DNA of 64,000 bases, from NCBI GenBank assembly GCA_963675495.1, contig OY776215.1, forward strand, positions 928,001 to 992,000. Reading direction: 5' to 3'. The translations under genes were made by a program, and so were the position numbers. This DNA comes from an uncultured Methanolobus sp. (GTDB lineage: Archaea; Halobacteriota; Methanosarcinia; Methanosarcinales; Methanosarcinaceae). Under the pieces are notes generated by a model. It was not told the origin of the DNA, did no database searches, and worked only from the letters and a program-made list of their open reading frames with translations. Shown one piece after another: positions 40,646 through 52,900 of the stretch; positions within the stretch are counted from its first letter, which is position 1; each line of letters starts with the position of its first letter.

Positions 40646-43600
40646 CAATTAAAAATAAAATCGATATTACTAGTAAGCATATTATTGCTTGTTGCACTAA
40701 CTGGTGTTGCAGCAGCAGATGAACAGAAAACAAAAATAACTTACATAGCTTATTCAGATGCTTATTCAGAGAACGAGGCACTGCAGATAGCAAGTCAGAG
40801 CAACGACCACAGTGACCTGATAGAATACACGTTCATTGAATACGGAAACTCAACATTTGGTGCAAGCCCGGAGTTGCTTGCGGCCGCTGAGAGTGGTTTC
40901 CTGGGAACACAGGATGTAATATTCTGTGATATGATGGGAAGCAAGACATTTAACGCATACAATGGAACCATAAATGAAAGTTTTAAGCATGCACAGGACA
41001 ATGGAGCAGAGCTTTACAGTATACGTACCAGCAGCACTCCATCATACTTCGACTATGTAATATCAGGTGCTGCAGAGCCAGATCCGATATGCACATACTA
41101 TCAGGCAATAGACACTACTGAAGAAGGCATAGAGAATGCTGAGAACCTGCTGATGTACCTCGCAATGAGAACGAGGATTACCTACATAGCTTATTCAGAT
41201 GCTTATTCAGAGAACGAGGCAATGCAGATAGCAAGTCAGAGCAACGATCACAGTGACCTGATAGAATACACGTTCATTGAATACGGAAACTCAACATTTG
41301 GTGCAAGCCCGGAGTTGCTTGCAGCTGCTGAGAGTGGTTTCCTGGGAACACAGGACATAATATTCTGTGATATGATGGGAAGCAAGACATTTAACGCATA
41401 CAATGGAACCATAAATGAAAGTTTTAAGGATGCACAGGACAATGGAGCAGAGCTTTACAGTATACGCACCAGCAGCACTCCAGCATACTTCGACTATGTA
41501 ATATCAGGTGCTGCAGAGCCAGATCCGATATGCACATACTATCAGGCAATAGACACTACTGAAGAAGGCATAGAGAATGCTGAGAACCTTCTGATGTACC
41601 TCGCAATGAGAACGAGGATTACCTACATAGCTTATTCTGATGCTTATTCAGAGAACGAGGCAATGCAGATAGCAAGTCAGAGCAACGACCACAGTGACCT
41701 GATAGAATACACGTTCATTGAATACGGAAACTCAACATTTGGTGCAAGCCCGGAGTTGCTTGCAGCTGCTGAGAGTGGTTTCCTGGAAACACAGGACATA
41801 ATATTCTGTGATATGATGGGAAGCAAAACATTTAACGCATACAATGGAACCATAAATGAAAGTTTTAAGGATGCACAGGACAATGGAGCAGAGCTTTACA
41901 GTATACGTACCAGCAGCACTCCATCATACTTCGACTATGTAATATCAGGTGCTGCAGAACCAGATCCGATATGCACATACTATCAGGCAATAGACACTAC
42001 TGAAGAAGGCATAGAGAATGCTGAAAACTTTCTGATGTATCTGGCAAAACACGATGACACCTTTGTAGAAACTGCTCTTATGAGTACAGATACAAGTACC
42101 AGTCTTGTTGAAGATGGGGACCTATTATTCATTCTGGGTACCGATCATAATGAAGCAGACCTGATCAATGCTGCAAATGATACAGAAATTTCCTCCAGTT
42201 TGAATATTACTATCCTGACAAATGACAATATCCCACCTGCAGACTATGATTTTTCACCATATTCATTGATCTTCATTGAATCACAGGATGAAAATGTAGT
42301 GGAAGGATGGAGTTCCAGTATAAACTCATCAGCCAATGTCATTGGTTATAATCTGTCATCCAATATTACATTGCCAAACGTTGACCTGTATTCAGATGAG
42401 TACACAGATATTGAAAGATACTGGATACAGGGCGGAGAGGCAAATATGAAGAATATGCTTAAGTTCATGGCAGGAAATTCAGCCATAGATGAACCTGAAA
42501 TTGTTCTTCCAAAGGCAAACCTGACATAAATTCTCAGTTCTGACAGCAGTGTTGCTTATATGACAAAGGTTATTGAGGAAAGAGATGTCATCACAGACCG
42601 TTTCAACGTCAATGTAATGGGCACCCTTGAAGCTATCGACAGTACTGTGGACCTCAGCAATGAGGATGTTATAATAATACATATGATGGGATCAGAAGGA
42701 GCTGCTGAAATAAAGGACCGATTGCTTGAAGCAAAAGCCAATGGTACCGAGATCGGGCAGTTCGATTGTGTAGCTGATATCTATGGATTTACCACCTTTG
42801 ACATAGAAAGCGATTATCCCACAATTCCATATTATCTATACAATAATGGATTTTCCAATATGGAGTACTGGATACGCTGCACAGGAGTTACTTTTGGGGA
42901 TGCATACATAGAATATACTGATCCAATAGAACCTGTTGTTCCTGAAGACGGAATCTACCACCCTGATGCATTCCCAAGGATATTCGAGGACAGTGCAGAA
43001 TACCTTCAATGGTATGAAGAGCAAGGCTATGACCCATCTGCACCCACCATTGGTATAATTGGAAACAAATTTGGTCAGACCTCCATTGAATTTACCACAG
43101 AGGATGCAATAATCCGATATCTGGAATCCCAGGGATGCAACGTGATCCATGCCAGTTACATTGTCGCTAGCGAAGATGTGGATATTTTCACTAAAGACGG
43201 AGAAGTTCTGGTTGATGCTATCATTTCCATAAAAGGATTCTACCTGAATTATAATAGTCCGGAGGCAGGTGTTGAGTACCTTCAGAACAAGTACAATGTT
43301 CCTGTGTTAAAGGGTGTAACTGACTACTACCAGTCACCTGAAGAATATATTGCAAATGTTCAGGGACTGAGTTCCGCATCAATTCCATCCCAGGTCACAC
43401 AGCCTGAAATTGACGGTCTGACCGACTACATATGGATTTCTGGAAGAACACAGGATCCTGATACTGAGCAGTATTACTACGAACCATTGGATTATCAGGT
43501 TGAATGGATCTGTGACAGAGCAATTGCCTGGGCAGAACTTGGAGAGACAGATAATGCTGACAAGAAGATAAGTATTATTTATTACAACCACGAAGGCGGT

Positions 43601-46600
43601 AAGAACAATATTGGCGCCAGCTATATGGATATTGGTTCAAGTTTCACACTGCTTATGGAAGGCATGAGAGATGCCGGATATGATGTTGGAAACGATACAA
43701 TTCCAAACGGAAGCGAGTTCATTGATCTGTTTATAACCAGCAGGAACGTTGGTTCATGGGCACCAGGAGAGCTTGAGAAGGTCGTTGAAAGCGGCTATGT
43801 GACAATGGTTCCTGTAGATGAGTATCTACAATATTACAATGAACTTCCTGAAACTGTCCGTGAAGAGGTTGAGGATACATGGGGAGAAGCTCCCGGAGAC
43901 ATCATGACCTATGAGAACGAAAGCGGAAAGTACTTTGTAATACCAACCATACAGCTTGGTAACATCAATTTCATTCCCCAGCCAACAAGAGCAGGACTCT
44001 CTGACGAGACACTTATCTACCACAATGAATCCATACCACCAACACACCAGTATCTTGCAACATACTTCTGGATCAATAATGGATACGACGCAGATGCACT
44101 GATCCACTTTGGTACTCACGGTACTCAGGAATGGTTACCTGGTAATGAAGTAGGACTCTGGAGATATGATTATCCATCTATCATGGTTGCAGAAACTCCT
44201 GTTGTTTATCCATACATCATGGATAATGTAGGAGAAGGTACTCAGGCAAAACGCCGTGGCAATGCTGTCATAATCGATCACCTCACACCTGCTATAGTTG
44301 AAGCCGGACTTTACGGTGAACTTGCTATAATGCACGACAAGATTCACAACTATGGAGAGGCAAAGGATGACGATGATACCGATATGATGGTACGTTATAG
44401 AAACAGTACTATACAGCTATACGATAATCTTACCCTCGGTGAAGATCTTGGTGTTTCAACCGAAGAATTGTCTGCCATGACAGATGATGAGTTTGAGAAC
44501 TTCCTTGACAGTGTATTGCATGAATACCTCCATGAATTACAGGAAGAACTAATGCCTTATGGACTACACGTTTTCGGTGTTGCACCTGATGACTTCAAAC
44601 TTGTCTCGATGGTCAAATCCATGCTTGGCAGCGATTTTACTGATGATATCTACGACGTACTTCCAAAGACCAGCGGAAGTCAGGAAGACTGGGAGGATGA
44701 AGCAAGTACTGATGCAACATTGCTACTGAATGCGACATTGCTTGATGATGTAAATGTATCAGATGCACAGGTTGAAGTGTTTGGACAGGAATACACCAAT
44801 ATCACAGTTGATCTGGAACTTGCACTTGAATATGCAGATAATCTGGAACAAACGACCCGTGAAATAAGCCAGACACTGCGCGCTCTTGATGCAGAATACA
44901 TTGAACCTGTAACCGGAAATGATCCGATTCGTAACCCAGGTGCATTACCTACTGGTAATAACTTCTACAGTTTTGACCAGAGAACAATACCAGATGAGGA
45001 AACTGAAGCACAGGGTCGTCAAGTAATCAGAACATGGCTTGATTCCTATTGTTCAGAGAACGGAGAATATCCTAATAAGGTATCCTTTGTACTGTGGTCT
45101 GTTGAAACAATGCGTCACGAAGGTCTGATGGAAGCACAAATATATGAGTTGCTTGGAGTGGAACCTGAAAGGAGCTCCGGCAGACTGACAGGAGAGTTCA
45201 CTGTAATACCTGTTGAAGAACTTGGACATCCAAGAATTGACGTACTGCTTGTACCTTCCGGACTCTACCGTGATACATTCCCATTCCAGCTCGAACTACT
45301 GGACAATGCAGTTCGTACGGTTTCTGACCTTGACGAGACCAATGAGACAAACTACGTGAGAATGAATTCACTTGCAATTGAAAATGCCATGCTTGAACTG
45401 GGATACAATGAAAGCATTGCACACTACATTTCAAGGTCAAGGATATTCAGTGAAGCTGAAGGCACCTACGGCACCGGTGTGACCGAAGCCGTAGAGGCAA
45501 GTGAGACTTGGGAGAATTCAACCGAGATCGCTGACCTGTTCATCGCCAGAATGGCAAACGTTTATGGAGCAGATGTATGGGGTGACAACTATGAGGATGT
45601 GCTCAAACTCAACCTTGTCGATGTAGATGCAGCAATACACAGTGATTCAAGCAACCTCTACGGTCTTATAGACAATGATGATTACTACCAGTATCTTGGT
45701 GGACTCGGACTGGCTATAAGGTCACTTGGAGGTGGAGATCTTTCAATGTATATTGCAGACTTTACAACTGTTGACAATCCTGAGATCATCACTCTTGAAG
45801 AAGCTTTCAGTAAAGAGCTGACTGCCAGATATCTCAATCCTAGCTGGTTGAATGGAATGATGGAGTATGATTATGCTGGTGCCAGGGAAATGATGAAAGC
45901 AGTCGAGTATATGTGGGGCTGGGAAGCAACTACACCAGGCCTTGTAACTGACTCGGATTGGAACAAGATCTATGAAACACTTATACTTGATTCACAAGAT
46001 ATAGGTGTGGATGACTTCCTGAAAGAAAACCCATATCAATATCAGTCTGCTCTGGCAAGGATGGCAGAAACTATAAGGAAAGATGGTTGGGATGCTGATG
46101 ATGGAGTTTTGAATAACATCGTCAAAGAGTACGTTGAATCTGTTGTCAATGATGGTGTCACATGCTGTCACCACACCTGTGGAAATGCAAAATTAGATGA
46201 TTTCATAACGGGTAATATGGCAGCAGCAGGAGTCAGCCAGGAAGTACAGGATGCATACAAGCAACTGATGTACGAAGCAACCCACAAGACAGAGATCCAG
46301 CAACAACCTGAAACTACAACTACTGCCAAAAGCAGCTCAGGCAGTCAGACCGGAACAGATCTGAATGTAGTAGAAGCAGGCTCTGGCTCATCCAATCAGA
46401 CCATGACAGCAGATTCTGGAGGAGCTGGTCTGGATTCTAATACACCTGTTCAGGATTCTGCAAAATCAACCCCTGATAACTATGTGGAAGGTTATGAGAT
46501 GACAAAGGAAAGTGTTGTGAACAACGACAACACAAATAGTCCATCAGTATCCAGTTCTGACATAATAGCTTCTGTCTTTGTTCTTGGAGCAGTAGGAGCA

Positions 46601-46636
46601 ATGTATGTAGGATTCTGGAGAAGAAGGAAAATGTAA
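40643..46636 (+). pseudogene. CobN/ChlH-family chelatase-like protein 2, interrupted by one in-frame TAA (42527-42529)
   Basis: ORFs 40643-42529 and 42560-46636 are in the same frame with an open 30-nt gap (..ANLT*ILSSDSSVAYMTK..). Signal peptide on the first part; HFGTHGTQEWLPG, TCCHHTCGN and TM anchor on the second. Confidence 0.75.
40735..42050 (+). repeat. Three tandem near-identical 441-bp (147-aa) intragenic repeats
   Basis: GCTTATTC anchor at 40748, 41189 and 41630; unit ITYIAYSDAYSENEA..ENAENLLMYLA. Confidence 0.93.
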
Positions 46637-46650
46637 AGTGCTGTAAAGTG

Positions 46651-46690
46651 TTTTTGGCGCTTTTCAAAAAAAGCGCCTTTTCTTTTTTTA
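46651..46690 (+). terminator. Hairpin plus U-tract terminator after CobN-like 2
   Basis: GGCGCTTTT..AAAAGCGCC followed by a T-tract. Confidence 0.75.
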
Positions 46691-46700
46691 TCGCGTCAAA

Positions 46701-46720
46701 GCGAAAACTTTATATATATA
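46701..46720 (+). promoter_or_regulatory. Probable BRE-TATA promoter of CobN-like 3
   Basis: GCGAAAAC TTTTATATATA directly after the terminator; implies a leader of about 250 nt. Confidence 0.55.
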
Positions 46721-46929
46721 ACAATTATTAGTTTTTATGATTATACACATAAGTATAAACACAATTAGCATTGTGTTTCAATAAAGTAATGTAATCATAA
46801 ACAATGTGGTGGTTCGTTGAAAAAATTATATATATACTCATTAAAACACACGTAGTGCTATGCAAGAAGAAACTAAGTTTTGGAAAAGCATAGTATATTT
46901 TATGCTTTTTTAATTCCAGATTATAATTA

Positions 46930-46999
46930 TTGTGAATGCTCCTTTGCAGCCGCCAAGCAAAGAAGGGAGTGTCCTCACAAGTTATCGGGGGATAACATG
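46930..46999 (+). promoter_or_regulatory. Conserved structured 5'-leader element, copy 2
   Basis: P1 ATGCTCCTTT (46936-45) / AAGGGAGTGT (46963-72) around CAGCCGCCAAGCAA; P2 GTTATC-GGGG-GATAAC abutting ATG 46997. Confidence 0.7.
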
Positions 47000-49900
47000 C
47001 AAATGAAAATAAAATCAATATTAATATTAGGTATATTGTTGTTGGTATCGCTAAGCGGTATTGCTGCAGCAGATGAACAGAAAATAAGCATAATGTATGT
47101 AGCATGGATGCCAGATCCAGCCCTTGAACTGGCAAGCCAGAATAGTTTATTTGCCGGGGATATAAATTACATATATATTCCATCTTATAACACGACTACA
47201 TGGACAGGACCAAGTGATGAGCTTATAGAAGCTGCAAATAATGGTCTTCTGGAAGAACAGGACATCATATTCTGTGATATGTTATCAGCAGCGGTTTTTG
47301 ACCCAATTAACACCTCATTCAGCCAGGCACACGATGCAGGAATATCACTTATCGACATCAATTCCATCAATACACCTTCCTATTTTGATTATATCAGTGA
47401 TGGAACTGATGACGATATGATCTGTAACCTGTACAATAACATGGGTACAGCTACAGAAACTGAGAGGCAGAACGCAGAGCACTTGCTCAAATATCTGGCA
47501 CAGGAATACGGAAACCATTCTGAGATAACAGATGAATGGGACAAGATCCGCGTACTGTGTATTGCATGGGAACCAAGTGCCGCCCTTCAGATGGCTTCTG
47601 AAACTAACAAACACAGAGATGTTATAGAATACACATACATACCTTCATACAACACAACAACATGGACAGGACCCAGCGATGAACTCATTGAAGCAGGAAG
47701 CAGCGGAGTCCTGAATGATCAGGATGTGATTTTCTGTGATATGCTAGCATCATCCATCTATGAGCCCATGGATAATGTCTTTTCAAATGCCAGTGAGAAC
47801 GGAGCGGTCTTTGTTGATCTCCGCTCTGCAGACACACCTGACTACTTCGACCATGTATATTCCGGCTCAGAGGATAACGAGCTATGCAACCTTTACAACA
47901 GTATGGGAACCATTACCGAAGAAGAGATTAAAAGTTCAAAGGATTTCCTGACTTTCCTTGCAAGTGAATATGGGGACCGTACGGACATAACGGATGACTG
48001 GAACAAGGTCAATATTCTCTACATCGCATATGCACCAAGCACCGCACTACAACTGGCAAGCGAAATGAGTGAGCATACTGATGATATCAAATTCAGTTAC
48101 CTGCCTTCGTACAACACCACAACATGGGCAGGACCCAGTGATGAACTCATTGAAGCGGGGAACAGTATTTTCCTGGAAAAACAGGACGTGATTTTCTGTG
48201 ACATGCTGTCTGCATCTGTATTCGATCCTATGAACAGCTCATTCTATGCAGCACAGGAGACTGGTGCCTCCTTACTCGATATTCGTTCAGTAAATACACC
48301 AGAATACTTTGATTACGTTTCCAACGGTTCTATCGACGATACCATGTGTAATTATTATAACAACATGGGTACCGAAACAGATGACGAGCAACTGAATGCA
48401 CAGAACCTTCTGGAGTATCTGGCAACTGAATACGGCGACAGGGACGAGATCACTGATACCTGGGACAATAAGATCAAGGTAATGTATATTGCATATGCAC
48501 CAGCTCAGGCACTTGAGCTGGCAAGCCAGAACAATATGCACAGTGACGAGATAGAATACACATACATACCATCATACAACACCACAACCTGGGCAGGTCC
48601 CAGCGACGAACTTCTGGAAGTTGCAAGCAGCGGTCTTCTGGATGAACAGGATGTAGTATTCTTTGACATGGTGACTGCAAGCGTATACGAGCCATTGAAC
48701 GATTCACTGATTAGCGCAAAGAACAATGGTGTTTCATTTGTAGACATCAGATCCATGAATACACCAGAATACTTTGATTATGTATCAAATGGTTCAATAG
48801 ATGACCCCATATGCAACTACTACAACAGTATGGGAATTAACTCAGAAGTAGAGAAGAAGAATGCGGAGAACCTACTCATCTACCTTGCAAAAGAGTACGG
48901 AAACCATCCGGAAATTACTGACAACTGGATAGCCATAAAGGTAATGTACATTGCATGGGCACCAAGTGACTCTCTGGCAACTGCAAGTAAGACAAACCCA
49001 TACAGCCAGAATATTGATTACACCTATATCGCTTCCTATAATACCACAACGTGGGCAGGACCCAGTGATGACCTGCTGGCTGCAGGTGAGGGAGGACTGC
49101 TGGAGGAGCAGGATGTGATATTCTGCGATATGCTCGCAGGAAGTATCTTTGAGCCAATTGACCAGTTCCTCAGAAATGCACATGATAATGGTACTGTTCT
49201 GGTGGACATACGTTCTACCAATACTCCTGACTACTTTGATCATGTATACAATGGATCTGAGAACAATACCCTGTGCAATTATTACAACAACATGGGAACA
49301 GCAACTGGCGCTCAGTTGAACAATGCTGAGAACCTGCTCATTTATCTTGCGAAGGAACTTGGCGTCAACCCTGGACTTACAGATGATTGGCAGTACGCAA
49401 CCCTCGGTCCAATATCACTTCCTGATGTTGGTCTTTATCACCCGGACTATGAAGGAAAGTATTTTGAAAGTACCGATGAATACCTGCAGTGGTATGCAGA
49501 GGATACCGGTACACACAGAATGTACGACCCTTCCAGACCGACCATAGGAATGTGGATGCACAGGTCGGATGTCAAAGATGGTCATACGGAAGTTGTAGAT
49601 GCACTTCTGCGAGACATTGAATCAAAGGATTGCAATGTCATTTTAGGAATCGATACCTTTGATGATATTGTAAAATTTTATTGTGACGAGAACAACGAGT
49701 CACTTGTTCAATCTGTAATCTCACTGAAGAGTTTCAGACTTAATTATTTCGATAATGAGAAGGGATTGCGTGAACTTGAAGAACTTGATGTACCGGTCCT
49801 CAGGGGAATAGTTGTTGAAACAACCAACGTTTATGACCCTGCAGATGAGAACCGTGGAATACCAAATGGTCAGGTCGTGCGAAAGACCATAGGACCGAAT

Positions 49901-52900
49901 GTTGATGGTATTTTTGAGTACATAGTAGTTGGAGACAGCACATATGACCCTACTACTGAAACCAGTTCATATACATCAAGGGATGCGCAGATTGACTGGA
50001 TAGTGAACCGGTCCATAAACTGGGCTGAGCTGAAACTCAATGAGAACAAGGACAAAAAAGTTGCAGTCATCTACTACAACTATCCATCCGGGAAGGACAA
50101 TATCGGTGCAAGTTACCTGGACACCATCTCAAGCATGAGACTTATGCTCAACAAAATGAATGAGAGTGACTTTTCAGTTACAGGCATTCCTGAGAACAAC
50201 AGCCAGCTTCTGGAAATGTTGTGGGCACAGGGTATCAATGCCGGTTCCTGGGCACCTGGCGTCATGAACGAGATGGTTGAGAACAAGACCGAATGGGGAC
50301 TTCAGCTCATACCAATGGAAACGTATCACCAGTGGTTTGAAGAGGAGATCCCTGAGGAGCTCAAAGAACAGGTAATACAGGAATGGGGAGAACCATGGTC
50401 CGAAGACCTGCCACAGAACAAGAGTCTCATGATGTGGGAGAATGATATCGGTGAGAAGTACCTGGTCATCCCGACTGTCCAGTTCGGTAATGTCTGGCTC
50501 ATGCCACAGCCTGCAAGAGGATTCCTACAGAACGATAATGCACTCTACCATAGCAGCCTTGTTCCTCCACCACATCAGTACATTGCTTTCTATCTATGGC
50601 TGAACAATGACTGGGATGCCGATGCTATAATCCACTTCGGAACTCATGGTACACATGAATGGCTACCGGGACAGGCATACGGAATGAACCGCTCTGCTGA
50701 GTGGGCACCGGTACTGTTGCAGGACCTACCTAACATCTATCCATACATAGTGGCAAATGTCGGTGAAGGTCTTACTGCAGAATATCGTGGCAATGCACTG
50801 ATAATTGATCATATGACACCAACCCTTGAACGATCAGGGACCTATGGTGAACTGGCAAACATGTCACGGTTCATACAGGAATATTACGGACCTGAGATGT
50901 CATTGCAAACCAAGCAAGCGTATCAGATGGCTATAATCGATGAAATGGTAATTTCTGGCGTCGACGTAGACCTTGAGGTTAATTCAACCGATCTGTATCT
51001 CTATAGTGAGGCAGAGTTTGATATCTTTGTCAAGGATATACTTCACGAATATCTGGAAGATATCGAAGGTGAGAACATTCCTTACGGAATGCATATACTT
51101 GGTGAAGTACCTTCAACGAATGCCACAGGCCCATACAGGGATGAACTCTCGGGTATGGTACGCTCAATGATGGGAAGTTACTTTGAGGAGAACGTAACAG
51201 CAGCATTCTATCCTCTGGAAGAGTACCCACTTGGAATCCCATTCAATGATACACAGGTAGAACTGCTGGTCTGGGAAGTCATAAGCAACGGAACAAGTCC
51301 CAATGACGCACAGATCATGGTCTATGGTGAGGTAAATGAATCACTGAACATCGATCTGGAATTCGGCCTCTCATGTAAACAGAATCTCATTGACAGTTCC
51401 ATTGAAATGGACCGTGTGATCCTTGCACTGAGTGGTGGTTTCATTCCTGCAGGACCGGGAACCGATCCTGTGATGAACCCCAATGCAGTACCAACTGGAA
51501 GGAACTTCTATGGTGTCAATCCTGAACTCTATCCTTCAGAAGCAACCTGGAAGCTGGGCAAGATGCTTGCACAGCAATTGATAGATGACTACTACCAAAA
51601 CCATGGTGAATATCCACGTAAAGTATCATTCTCAAGGTTTGGTGTAGAGTTCATCAGGGACCATGGTACCCTGGAAGCAGAAGCACTGTATATGATGGGG
51701 GTCCAGCCAGTCTGGGACAGGAATGGAAAGGTGATAGGTGTTGAGCTGATACCTGAAGAAGAGCTAGTTCCAGACTACGACACCTCAATTGCCGGCAGGC
51801 CACGTATTGACATCGTTTACACCACCGCAGGCATGCGTGATGCATTCCCTGAAAAGTTGAAGATGCTTGATAATGCTGCAAAAATGGCAAATCTTGCTGA
51901 ACCTGGTAACTATCCAAACTATGTGAACATCAGTACACAGGCAATCTATACGGATCTTTACGCTTCATTCCTTAACAGCACCGGCAATGAAACATATTCA
52001 GCTGACTTGGCAGATACACTATCCACCATGCGCTGTTTCGCTGTTCGTGACGGAACCTATGAAATAGCTGTTGGAAATGCCATTGAGGCCAGTGGAACAT
52101 GGGAAAATGAATCAGAGATAGGAGAGCTGTATCTTGATAAGATGGGATATGCCTATGGCAGTGAGCTCTGGGGATACGATTGTTCTGACCTGCTCAGAGG
52201 CAATCTGATGAATGTAGATGCTTCAGTACATTCAGACTCATCTAACCTGTACGACACACTGGACAATGATGATTTCTTCCAGTATTTCGGTGGTTTGAAC
52301 CTTGCAACAAGATATGTGAGCGGAAAAACACCTGATATGTACGTTTCCGACACAAGGAATCCAGATAAGGCAGAAATTGTCGAGCTTGGCAGGTACATCA
52401 ACGTAAACATGCGTTCCAGATATCTTAACGATAAATGGATAGAAGGTATGAAGGGTTCAGGCTATGCCGGTGGCAGAATGATGGCTGAGTTCGTGGACAA
52501 TCTCTGGGGATGGGAAGTATCCAATTCCGAACTTGTTGACGATAAAATGTGGGAGAACGTGTTCAACACATACACCACTGATGAAATGAAGGAGTTCTTC
52601 AATGCAAACAACCCAGGAGCCTATCAATCCATTACAGGCAGGATGCTGGAAGGTGTACGCAAGGGATATATTGACCTGCCAGACGATGCTGTCAATAAGC
52701 TTGTGAAAGACTATATGGAATCAGTTGCAGAGAATGGAGCAACATGTTGTCACCACACATGTGGGAATCCATCGCTTGATACCTTTGTTCAGGGTAATAT
52801 ACCAGCTGACTTTAGTCAGCAAACGATAGATGCATACAAGAATCAGATGTTCGAGGCAACGTTGAGAAAAGAACTCCAGACACAGCCTTCTGAGAGTACG

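Noticed and set aside
42527-42529. Pyrrolysine or selenocysteine readthrough in CobN-like 2
   Set aside because: The codon is TAA, not TAG or TGA, and the aligned position suggests Tyr
46632-46650. Duplicated TGTAAAGTG at the stop of CobN-like 2 as a possible insertion target-site duplication
   Set aside because: No intervening element; most likely a slippage duplication
46880-46996. N-terminal extension of CobN-like 3 from the ORF track (TTG 46880)
   Set aside because: It runs through the conserved leader element; ATG 46997 matches paralog 2 and begins the signal peptide
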